This document shows, piece by piece, positions 25,699-32,000 of a stretch of DNA of 32,000 nt (the first letter of the stretch is position 1; every line of letters starts with the position of its first letter). Made by a program: the position numbers and the translations under genes. Below the pieces are notes generated by a model. That model saw nothing but the letters and a program-made list of their open reading frames with translations. It was not told the origin of the DNA and searched no databases. The DNA comes from a virus: positions 15,325-47,324 of IMG/VR virus record IMGVR_UViG_3300045988_053501. One strand, written 5' to 3'.

Positions 25699-26100
25699 AT
25701 GAACAGAGTGATTTTATCAGGCGAAATCGGTAGCGATATTGTTTTAAAGAAAACTGCTACAGGACAAAGCCTATGTAATTTCTCGATTGAAGTTAAAGAA
25801 AAGGGAAAGAATGGACAAGAGTTTAAATCTTTCTTTGATTGCACTGCGTGGGGAGAAAATGCAGAACATATTAATCAATATGGATTTAGAGGGCAACATA
25901 TTGCAGTTGACGGAAAGCTTCAGAAAAGCTCATACACGAACAAAGACAATCAGAAGATGTATAAGACTAGCGTTTACGTTATGGACGTAGAATTGGCTTT
26001 AAACAATGCTACAATGCCACAAACAGTTCCATTTACGAATCAAGTAAATTATCAATCATATCCTGAACATTATGATAATGACGAAGGGATACCATTCTAG
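25699..26100 (+). CDS. ssb: Single-stranded DNA-binding protein
   Basis: OB-fold N-terminus MNRVILSGEIGSDIVLKKT.TGQS...F.I and an acidic C-terminal tip DNDEGIPF. Confidence 0.85.
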   Translation: MNRVILSGEIGSDIVLKKTATGQSLCNFSIEVKEKGKNGQEFKSFFDCTAWGENAEHINQYGFRGQHIAVDGKLQKSSYTNKDNQKMYKTSVYVMDVELALNNATMPQTVPFTNQVNYQSYPEHYDNDEGIPF

Positions 26101-26310
26101 ATGATTGCGAAAAGATATGATGATGAACTTATGTACAGTGTTCAGAAATGTTATGGCGATAACAAATACAAATACTGTACTGGAGATGGAAAACTAGCTT
26201 TTAAAAAGCCTGGTAAAGATTTCCTAGGGGCAACAAAGGAAAACATTATGAATCTGTATGTAATTGAAGGAAGTCTATACATTGGGGAATATGTTGTGGA
26301 GGATGAATAA
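26101..26310 (+). CDS. Hypothetical protein
   Basis: 69-aa ORF whose ATG abuts the ssb stop. Confidence 0.45.
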   Translation: MIAKRYDDELMYSVQKCYGDNKYKYCTGDGKLAFKKPGKDFLGATKENIMNLYVIEGSLYIGEYVVEDE

Positions 26311-27024
26311 ATGGATAAACAGATAAATCTAACGGGTGGGGTTATCTATAATCAAGATTGTTTAAAAGGATTGAAAGAAATTAAAGACAATCAATTTGAT
26401 GTTGCGATTACATCCCCTCCATATAACAGGGTAAGAAATGACAAGTACGCTCATTATGATGATGTTAAAAACGATTATTACAATATGATTGTTGATGTAA
26501 CAAATGAGTTGTTAAGAGTATGCAAGAAAGATGTAATTGTGAATATTCAAGCAACATATTTCAACAAAAAAGATGTTTATAAATACATTGGATATTTCGC
26601 AGATAAGTTAAAAGGAATTGTAATTTGGGAGAAAACAAACCCTCAACCAAGTATCAACAAGATTAAGGATGAGAACGGAAACATACTTACATCAGTATGT
26701 AATGCAGTTGAATATTTCTTTGTTTTAAATGAACATTCAGAGGAGTTTAGAGCCTATGGGTCAATCAAAAACATTGTGCATAGCTCAGTTAATGAAAAAC
26801 ATTTTAAAGGACATGGAGCAATTATGAAATATGAAATTGCAGATTGGTTTGTTAAAAATTTCAGTGTTAAGGGAGATACGATTGTTGACCCATTCTTAGG
26901 AACAGGAACAACTGCTATTGCATCAGAACTTAACGAAAGAAAATATGTTGGATATGAAATATCTAAAGAATATTGTCAAATTGCAAAGAAAAGAATTGCA
27001 ATAGAAACAAGTACATTATTTTAA
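26311..27024 (+). CDS. Orphan beta-class DNA methyltransferase (N4-C or N6-A)
   Basis: Motif IV DVAITSPPYN lies near the N-terminus and motif I VDPFLGTGTTAIA near the C-terminus. There is no adjacent restriction endonuclease. Confidence 0.8.
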   Translation: MDKQINLTGGVIYNQDCLKGLKEIKDNQFDVAITSPPYNRVRNDKYAHYDDVKNDYYNMIVDVTNELLRVCKKDVIVNIQATYFNKKDVYKYIGYFADKLKGIVIWEKTNPQPSINKIKDENGNILTSVCNAVEYFFVLNEHSEEFRAYGSIKNIVHSSVNEKHFKGHGAIMKYEIADWFVKNFSVKGDTIVDPFLGTGTTAIASELNERKYVGYEISKEYCQIAKKRIAIETSTLF

Positions 27025-27031
27025 GGAGTGC

Positions 27032-27376
27032 ATGAAATTGTATATGGATAAAGTTTACGGAAGGTATGCATCATTCTTCAAAAGCCACGAATTAAAAGAA
27101 GCTGATAAATACATTAAGCGTGTTTTTCCAAACGCTGATTTTTATATAGATTACGAGCACGCATTAGTTTTTGAAAGAATAGGCGAAGATAAAGAAATTG
27201 ATCTTGATTATCATACAGTGATTAACGGAGTTGCTTATGATGGGATGTTCACAAGCAATTATAACGAGTTAGTTAAATATTTTGATGAATCAGTTGATGA
27301 ATCAGATTGTGAGAAAAAGAAATCAAAAGTATTTACGTGTAATGGTAAAAAATATGAACAAGAAACATTGTTTTAG
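27032..27376 (+). CDS. Hypothetical protein
   Basis: 114-aa ORF. The true start may be the TTG at 27038 or the ATG at 27044, given the AAGGAG at 27023-27028. Confidence 0.5.
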   Translation: MKLYMDKVYGRYASFFKSHELKEADKYIKRVFPNADFYIDYEHALVFERIGEDKEIDLDYHTVINGVAYDGMFTSNYNELVKYFDESVDESDCEKKKSKVFTCNGKKYEQETLF

Positions 27377-27394
27377 AAATAGAGGTAAAAAAGT

Positions 27395-28159
27395 ATGAAT
27401 AACATTTTAGAAAAGGACTTAAAAACTTATATCACACGTGATTATAGTGTTTTTAAATATTTAAAAGGCAATAGAGACATTAATTTGAAAAATGTAAATA
27501 GCATTGTTGATAATGTGCGAGATAACGGATTGCTTCCAACGATCGTTATTGTTAACGAAAACATGGAGGTTATTGACGGACAACATAGAATTGAAGCATT
27601 TAAGCAGCTCAATTTGCCAGTGGAATTTCAAATTAGAAAAGGCTTAGGATTAAAAGATTGTATTGCTTATAATGTTTCATCAAAAAAACAGGAAACGATT
27701 GATTATATTAATTCTTATGCCGAAAGAGGAATCGAGGATTATATCACATTGAAAAAATGCGTTGATGAATACCCTAGTTTTTCTCCTTCTACATTGGCAC
27801 CGATTTTGCTCGGAAAAGGAGCACAAGGCGATGCGGTGAGCGTACCTGTTAAAAATGGAAAATTCAAAATTAAAGGAAATATAAACCAAATAATTAGCAA
27901 ATTGAATTTTCTTGACAGTGTGCAAGAGTACATTGTTGTACGTGGAAGAAAAGATATAGTTATTCGTGTGTTGGCAAGTGTAATTGATTTAGAAGTAATT
28001 GACCAAGATAGAATGGCAGAACAGTTACAAAAAGGTACTAACAAAAACGTATCGGTAGTGTGTGTTGATGATGCACTTGAGTATTTACATGAAGTTTACA
28101 ATCATAGAAAGAAAAGCAAAGTGAGATTTAAAGATGCTTATTACGATAGATTTGCGTAA
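27395..28159 (+). CDS. ParB/Srx-superfamily (DGQHR-motif) protein
   Basis: LPTIVIVNENMEVIDGQHRIEAF is the ParB-N/DGQHR signature. The RBS is AGAGGT. Confidence 0.65.
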   Translation: MNNILEKDLKTYITRDYSVFKYLKGNRDINLKNVNSIVDNVRDNGLLPTIVIVNENMEVIDGQHRIEAFKQLNLPVEFQIRKGLGLKDCIAYNVSSKKQETIDYINSYAERGIEDYITLKKCVDEYPSFSPSTLAPILLGKGAQGDAVSVPVKNGKFKIKGNINQIISKLNFLDSVQEYIVVRGRKDIVIRVLASVIDLEVIDQDRMAEQLQKGTNKNVSVVCVDDALEYLHEVYNHRKKSKVRFKDAYYDRFA

Positions 28160-28187
28160 TAAAAACAGATTATATAAGGAGAACCAA

Positions 28188-28304
28188 ATGACAAGTACAG
28201 AATTAATTAAAGATATGCTTGAAAGACAGAAAGCATATGACGAAGAAGTATTTAAGAATTTACACAACTATGGATATGGCACAAAAGCACTTCAACAGAT
28301 TTAA
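28188..28304 (+). CDS. Small ORF (38 aa), possibly a gene remnant
   Basis: AAGGAG lies 6 nt upstream of the ATG at 28188. The product is MTSTELIKDMLERQKAYDEEVFKNLHNYGYGTKALQQI. It is faintly reminiscent of dimeric dUTPase/MazG N-termini but far too short for either. Confidence 0.3.
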   Translation: MTSTELIKDMLERQKAYDEEVFKNLHNYGYGTKALQQI

Positions 28305-28357
28305 AAGTGAGTGTGAAAGTTGGCTAGACAATATTTATAAAATTGAGGTGAAACAAC

Positions 28358-28966
28358 ATGAACGCTAGAGAAATGTTTGAAGAATTAGGTTATCAGAGAA
28401 ACGAAGAAAAAGAAAAAATAATATACTTAATAGAAACTAAAGGCTCATTCTATTATCAAGAAATAATATTTAATTTATTACAAAAAGTAATTGTAATAGA
28501 TGGTAATTTTCTTGAGATAGCAATTGAAAATAATTTATTAAAAGCTATCAACAAGCAAGCAAAGGAATTAGGATGGCTTGAAGAAGAAAAACAAGAAATA
28601 AAGCAAGAGACTAATTTTGAACATTACAAAGATGAAATCTTAGAGTGTTGCATTGATAATTTAGCAGTAGTCAAAGGTATACCTAAGTCATGTTCTAGAA
28701 TTAATTGCAATGACTGTGACTTTCTAACTATTAAAAAAGAATGTTGTGAAATTGCAAAAGATTGGTTAAAGCAGCCATACAAAAATCCAACATACAAATT
28801 GAGTCAATTTGAATACGACTTAATAAATACATACAGTCATGTAGATGATAGATGTAAATTTAATGGTTGTTATCAATTAAAAAGTTTGAAAGAAAAAGGA
28901 TATTTCAAAAATGTGGATAAAAATGAATTAATTAAAGATATTATAGAGAATTGTGAGGTTGTTTGA
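28358..28966 (+). CDS. Hypothetical protein with a Cys-rich central region
   Basis: 202-aa ORF with RBS GAGGTG. The MFEELGY N-terminus is common in Firmicutes phage proteins of unknown function. Confidence 0.6.
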   Translation: MNAREMFEELGYQRNEEKEKIIYLIETKGSFYYQEIIFNLLQKVIVIDGNFLEIAIENNLLKAINKQAKELGWLEEEKQEIKQETNFEHYKDEILECCIDNLAVVKGIPKSCSRINCNDCDFLTIKKECCEIAKDWLKQPYKNPTYKLSQFEYDLINTYSHVDDRCKFNGCYQLKSLKEKGYFKNVDKNELIKDIIENCEVV

Positions 28967-29169
28967 TGATTTATTTCTTTGCAGGATTTTTCATAGGTGG
29001 CATAGCTTCAATGCTCCTTTATTCCTTAGTTGTTTCAGAAAGAATTAATGAATTGGAACTTGAAAATTGTAGATTGATTGGCAATCTCAATAAAGCAGAA
29101 TATGAAGTTAGAAAATACAAATATCAAAATATGAGGTATGGATATGATGGGTTTGAAGAAACGAAATAA
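28963..29169 (+). CDS. Small membrane protein
   Basis: ATGA overlap with the previous stop. The N-terminal TM is IYFFAGFFIGGIASMLLYSLVV. Confidence 0.5.
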   Translation: MMIYFFAGFFIGGIASMLLYSLVVSERINELELENCRLIGNLNKAEYEVRKYKYQNMRYGYDGFEETK

Positions 29170-29353
29170 GCCTAAAGAAAGTACAGATGTACTAATTAAA
29201 TTGAAAATCAGTGTTCCTGATGTTAATAACAGTGATTCATGCAATGTTGTAGATTCATTATTAAATGAAATTTGGAATATTGCGTTGGCAAAAGAAGGGG
29301 TAGAAGCTCAAAGCATGACTTCAAAATATATGAAGGAGAAAGTAGCAAAATGA
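29144..29353 (+). CDS. Hypothetical small protein
   Basis: I prefer the ATG at 29144 because GAGG lies 7 nt upstream. The ORF is 69 aa. Confidence 0.4.
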   Translation: MMGLKKRNKPKESTDVLIKLKISVPDVNNSDSCNVVDSLLNEIWNIALAKEGVEAQSMTSKYMKEKVAK

Positions 29354-29568
29354 TGTATTTAAGTATGGCAATCCACAATATAGCGGTAATGATATTTACT
29401 GCATACATGGTAATTCATGTTCATCCAATTTGGGCAGTATGTATCTTATTCACTCATAGAATTGGAGTTAGAGTTGTACGTGTTCCAATTAAGGAAGATA
29501 CAAATGATGATGCAGTAGATGACGTGTACGGGATGGATTGGAATGAAGAAGATGATAGAAACGAATAA
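29350..29568 (+). CDS. Small membrane protein with an acidic tail
   Basis: ATGA overlap with the previous stop. There are two hydrophobic helices (AIHNIAVMIFTAYMVIHV, IWAVCILFTH). Confidence 0.45.
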   Translation: MMYLSMAIHNIAVMIFTAYMVIHVHPIWAVCILFTHRIGVRVVRVPIKEDTNDDAVDDVYGMDWNEEDDRNE

Positions 29569-29767
29569 AGTAGAGATAAGTTTTAAAAACGTAGAAGAAG
29601 CTTTAAAGAACAACGGATTATATGCACTTTATGACGATATGGTATTAATCAAACAAGCTTTAATTGAGAGAGATAGGAAAATATACGGGTTGCAGCAGCA
29701 TAACAGAAATTTAGAGGATAAATTAGAGAGGATAGGTGGTTATCATTATGGAAATCCTAAACAATAA
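29543..29767 (+). CDS. Hypothetical coiled-coil protein immediately upstream of, and overlapping, the MazF-like gene
   Basis: 75-aa ORF with a weak RBS. It overlaps the next gene by 20 nt. Confidence 0.4.
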   Translation: MKKMIETNKVEISFKNVEEALKNNGLYALYDDMVLIKQALIERDRKIYGLQQHNRNLEDKLERIGGYHYGNPKQ

Positions 29768-30080
29768 CATTTACTGGTGTGATTTACCGAAATACAGTAA
29801 TACAATTCTTTATAAAAGGAGACCTTGTATCGTTATTTCAAACGATATTCAGAATAAAGGAAGTAAAACAGTGAATGTAATTCCAATTACTAGCAATTTA
29901 AAAAGAACGGACTTGCCATGTCACGTAATGGTAGATACAGGACATGAATATGGAATAGCAAAAGCCGAGCAAATCTTAACGATCAACAAAGAAAATGTTA
30001 AGTGGCATATCAAACCACTCGATAGACGAGAAGAAAAAGAAGTAAAATGTGCATTATTAACTCAGATAGGAATTATCTAG
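29748..30080 (+). CDS. PemK/MazF-family toxin-like protein
   Basis: IYWCDLP......KRRPCIVISND..N.....V.VIPITSN......P.HV.V.......G.AKAEQILTINKE follows the PemK/MazF SH3-like fold signature. The ATG at 29748 comes after TAGGTGG. Confidence 0.65.
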   Translation: MEILNNNIYWCDLPKYSNTILYKRRPCIVISNDIQNKGSKTVNVIPITSNLKRTDLPCHVMVDTGHEYGIAKAEQILTINKENVKWHIKPLDRREEKEVKCALLTQIGII

Positions 30081-30386
30081 ATGCCTAGAAGAGATACAGA
30101 ATACGAGCATTTCAAAGAAACCTGCGGAGGATGGTTTAATTACCATGGCAATATCGGTCTAAGAGCAGGGGATGTAGCAATGGCTGCTTTATTTGATGAA
30201 ACAGAATTAGTGCAAATCGTATTGACGAAACCTTATACCTACAATCGTTGGTGGTGTAAGATCGTTGGTTTCAATAGTGATGGAATTGAATATCTAGTTG
30301 ACAGAACAATGATATTACAGATTTTAATTGATAAAGACTACAACTTGCGTAGAAAAAGAAGAAAAAACTTCTTAAAATCAATTTAA
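30081..30386 (+). CDS. Hypothetical protein with a basic C-terminus
   Basis: The ATG directly abuts the TAG of the MazF-like gene. The ORF is 101 aa and its C-terminus is RRKRRKNFLKSI. Confidence 0.5.
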   Translation: MPRRDTEYEHFKETCGGWFNYHGNIGLRAGDVAMAALFDETELVQIVLTKPYTYNRWWCKIVGFNSDGIEYLVDRTMILQILIDKDYNLRRKRRKNFLKSI

Positions 30387-30452
30387 ATGCGTCTAGAAGT
30401 TATTCTAACGAGCAAAATAGATTGATATGAGTATTTATTAGGGTAAATAAAG

Positions 30453-30501
30453 AAAAGGCTAAAAACACGTTTAAAACGATAAATATGTTTATAGCCTTTT
30501 T
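30453..30501 (+). terminator. Possible terminator (long-loop hairpin plus T-run)
   Basis: AAAAGGCTA ... TAGCCTTTTT with a ~30-nt loop. Confidence 0.35.
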
Positions 30502-30539
30502 ATTGTGCAAAAGAATCTAAAAATTTATTAAATTAATTA

Positions 30540-30568
30540 TTTACAATAGTATTATTGTATGATATACT
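30540..30568 (+). promoter_or_regulatory. Sigma-A-type promoter with an embedded palindromic operator
   Basis: TTTACA (30540-45), a 17-nt spacer and TATACT (30563-68), with TG at -15/-14. The perfect inverted repeat TACAATA-gtat-TATTGTA (30542-30559) fills the spacer. Confidence 0.6.
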
Positions 30569-30603
30569 ATGGGTGTAAGGAAAAGTACTTAGGAGGACAT
30601 AAT

Positions 30604-30852
30604 ATGAAACAAGTACATATTGGGTATCACAGTTTTACAAATTCAGGAATCGTAGAAGCAGTAGCAAACGTATTATATAAAGACGATTTCAATGTTGAAT
30701 TATTTGGTGTGGATTTATGGGCAGATGAATTGCCTGACAATTATCAGATTGTCGATTATGGGTCAAGAGAAACAATGCTAGTTTGCGAAGATGGTGAAAT
30801 TATTGATGATGCAGACGAAATCGCAGAATGGGAAGAAAAGAACTGTTATTAA
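30604..30852 (+). CDS. Small, strongly acidic hypothetical protein
   Basis: ATG at 30604 after TAGGAGGA. The ORF is 82 aa and rich in D/E. Confidence 0.6.
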   Translation: MKQVHIGYHSFTNSGIVEAVANVLYKDDFNVELFGVDLWADELPDNYQIVDYGSRETMLVCEDGEIIDDADEIAEWEEKNCY

Positions 30853-30878
30853 GCAATAGAAAGTAGGAGGAAAAGAAA

Positions 30879-31100
30879 ATGACTAAGGAACAATGGGAAA
30901 AAGAACATGGTTATGTTTACGGAAGAAACGGAAGGTATTGTGATAATCCTGAATATTTAGGAAAATACGTTGAATATTACAGAAATAATGTTCACGAAAC
31001 CACTATCGAAACCGATAAAGTTGAAGCAGAGGACGAAGAATCTATTTTTGTTCGAGGTATTTGGCAGCCGAAGTCAAATATCATTGATGTTATGGAATAG
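30879..31100 (+). CDS. Small acidic hypothetical protein
   Basis: RBS AGGAGG, 73 aa. Confidence 0.6.
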   Translation: MTKEQWEKEHGYVYGRNGRYCDNPEYLGKYVEYYRNNVHETTIETDKVEAEDEESIFVRGIWQPKSNIIDVME

Positions 31101-31116
31101 ACAAGAGGTGGAAACT

Positions 31117-31320
31117 ATGGCAAAAACAAGTGAAGCAAAGATGAGGGCAAATAATAAGTATGCGAAAAAAAATGTAAGTCAAATTTGCCTGAAATATATT
31201 ACAAAGAACAATAAAGAGATTCTAGAAAAGTTAAATTCAGTTCCAAGCAAAGCAGATTATGTAAGACAATTGATCTTAAAAGATTTAGAAAGAGAAAAGA
31301 AAGAGGCTACTAACAAATAG
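31117..31320 (+). CDS. Small ribbon-helix-helix-like DNA-binding protein
   Basis: ATG at 31117 after AGAGGTGG. KYAKKNVSQICLKYITKNNKEILEKLNSVPSKADYVRQLILKDLE resembles the Arc/CopG-like layout (beta strand, then helix-helix) seen in small Firmicutes regulators and antitoxins. Confidence 0.5.
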   Translation: MAKTSEAKMRANNKYAKKNVSQICLKYITKNNKEILEKLNSVPSKADYVRQLILKDLEREKKEATNK

Positions 31321-31329
31321 CCTTTTTTT
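31301..31329 (+). terminator. Rho-independent terminator of the three-gene cassette
   Basis: AGGCTA-ctaacaaa-TAGCCT followed by T7. It overlaps the stop codon. Confidence 0.75.
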
Positions 31330-31340
31330 ATCGTATTTTT

Positions 31341-31371
31341 TTAACACGTCTGCATTGAAAAATGGTATAAT
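31341..31371 (+). promoter_or_regulatory. Extended -10 promoter (TGGTATAAT)
   Basis: TGGTATAAT at 31363-31371, with a possible -35 TTAACA at 31341-31346. Confidence 0.5.
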
Positions 31372-31494
31372 ATATGTAGTTAAGGAGTACCTAAAAAGAC
31401 CAAATATTGCCACTCCTTGACGAGACATTTTTTTACTTCTACTTACTCAGAATTGAGTACCTCAGAGAAATCTGAGGATATTATAACGGTGTAA

Positions 31495-31660
31495 GTGCAA
31501 TATAAATTGACGGGGGAGGGTGCAATAGAAAATTACGCCCTATGAACGCAATGAAAATTGTGCCACCCCATTCGCAACAACGCCCCCGAATCGCAATAGC
31601 CGACCAAATCGCAACAGGATTTGCACGAAACGTGCCCATGTATCGCAACAGAGGTCGGGG
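31495..31660 (+). repeat. GC-rich array of at least 7 degenerate direct repeats with core (T/G)(C/T)GCAAYAG
   Basis: The GCAA cores lie at 31497, 31522, 31548, 31574, 31592, 31610 and 31644, with a variant TTGCACGAA at 31621. G5/C5 runs sit between them. No credible ORF is present. Confidence 0.7.
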
Positions 31661-32000
31661 GAAAAGAAGAGAAAACAAGTAAATTCAGAGATATGGAAAC
31701 GTCCATACAATCAAATATGCGTAATAAACACGATAAGTTCCATAATGTTTACACACAAATTGGTTTAAGTTGGTTCATAAATTGTCATAGCGTAGTCATA
31801 TACTACTACTGGAATGAATAGGCAGATATTTCATTTCATACTCCTTTATTAATTCTATATCTTGTCGATTGTATGGTTTAAGGTTCTGTATTAACAGAGC
31901 CTATATTATAAATAGTCTTACGTATTCTGCATATTTTAAAACGATTGATCTATGAAAACAATATATCTTAGTCCCTCGGCATATATATAATATGAAAGAG

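Larger units (their letters stand above)
1..32000 (+). mobile_element. Segment of a temperate siphovirus-like phage/prophage genome (tail module, lysis, attP-like region + integrase, lysogeny switch, recombination/replication, accessory genes)
   Basis: Collinear, tightly packed plus-strand genes with strong GGAGG-type RBSs. Canonical phage modules appear in canonical order, and a single minus-strand repressor sits divergent to a cro-like gene. Confidence 0.9.

Noticed and set aside
778-29408. Many 60-110-aa ORFs in the track lie antisense to, or out of frame within, the large plus-strand genes. Examples are 778-1092, 1102-1356, 2718-2945, 4244-4543, 6942-7139, 9534-9731, 10680-10955, 12163-12360, 20278-20508, 21070-21339, 23470-23769, 25787-25990, 27739-28044 and 29035-29244.
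   Set aside because: They are fully nested in well-supported genes, lack an RBS, and have low-complexity or hydrophobic translations typical of shadow ORFs in AT-rich DNA.
31495-31660. Possible CRISPR-like or mini-array.
   Set aside because: The repeat cores are only about 8-9 nt and degenerate. The unit length changes from 25-26 to 18 bp. There are no uniform repeats separated by unique spacers, and no cas genes are in view.
31582-31661. Possible tRNA or tRNA-like gene, because CCCCCGA (31583-89) and TCGGGGG (31654-60) could form a 7-bp acceptor-like stem spanning about 78 nt.
   Set aside because: The interior cannot be folded into D, anticodon and T arms. There is no complement for the would-be D stem and no GTTC-type T loop.
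31481-31821. ORFs at 31481-31678 (minus) and 31621-31821 (plus, TTG start).
   Set aside because: Neither has an RBS. Their composition is driven by the GC-rich repeats (Pro/Arg/Gly/Cys-rich), and they overlap each other. The region is better explained as non-coding.

Overview
This AT-rich window is coded almost entirely on the plus strand. It reads as one contiguous piece of a temperate siphovirus-type phage or prophage from a low-GC Gram-positive (Bacillota-like) host. The order is: (i) the 3' part of the tape measure gene and a tail-tip/baseplate/fibre module (2-12587); (ii) an autonomous, disrupted XerC/D-like tyrosine recombinase unit (12829-13825); (iii) a lysis cassette with an LL-H-type holin, a second membrane protein and an Amidase_2 endolysin (13945-15923); (iv) a 1.2 kb ORF-free region with stacked promoter/terminator modules and attP-like arm repeats (15924-17147); (v) a disrupted phage integrase (17148-18247); (vi) a divergent XRE repressor / Cro-like switch with a recognisable operator family (18429-19058); (vii) a recombination/replication module with a YqaJ exonuclease, DUF1351, RecT, HNH, a RuvC-like resolvase, a replication initiator with embedded iterons, a G39P-like loader and SSB; (viii) an orphan methyltransferase and a ParB/DGQHR-like protein; and (ix) a block of small accessory genes that includes a MazF/PemK-like toxin and a self-contained three-gene cassette ending in an RHH protein. 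The window ends in about 680 bp of non-coding DNA that holds a structured leader and a GC-rich array of GCAAY repeats. I found no rRNA, tRNA, CRISPR array, reverse transcriptase or terminase/portal/capsid genes. All functional calls come from motif recognition by eye, with no database search. The items most worth follow-up are the GC-rich repeat island, the tandem ORF-free promoter-terminator units, the small acidic-protein + RHH cassette, the MazF-like gene without a canonical antitoxin, the cysteine-rich tail-tip proteins, and the fact that both tyrosine recombinases each carry one nonsense codon and one frameshift.
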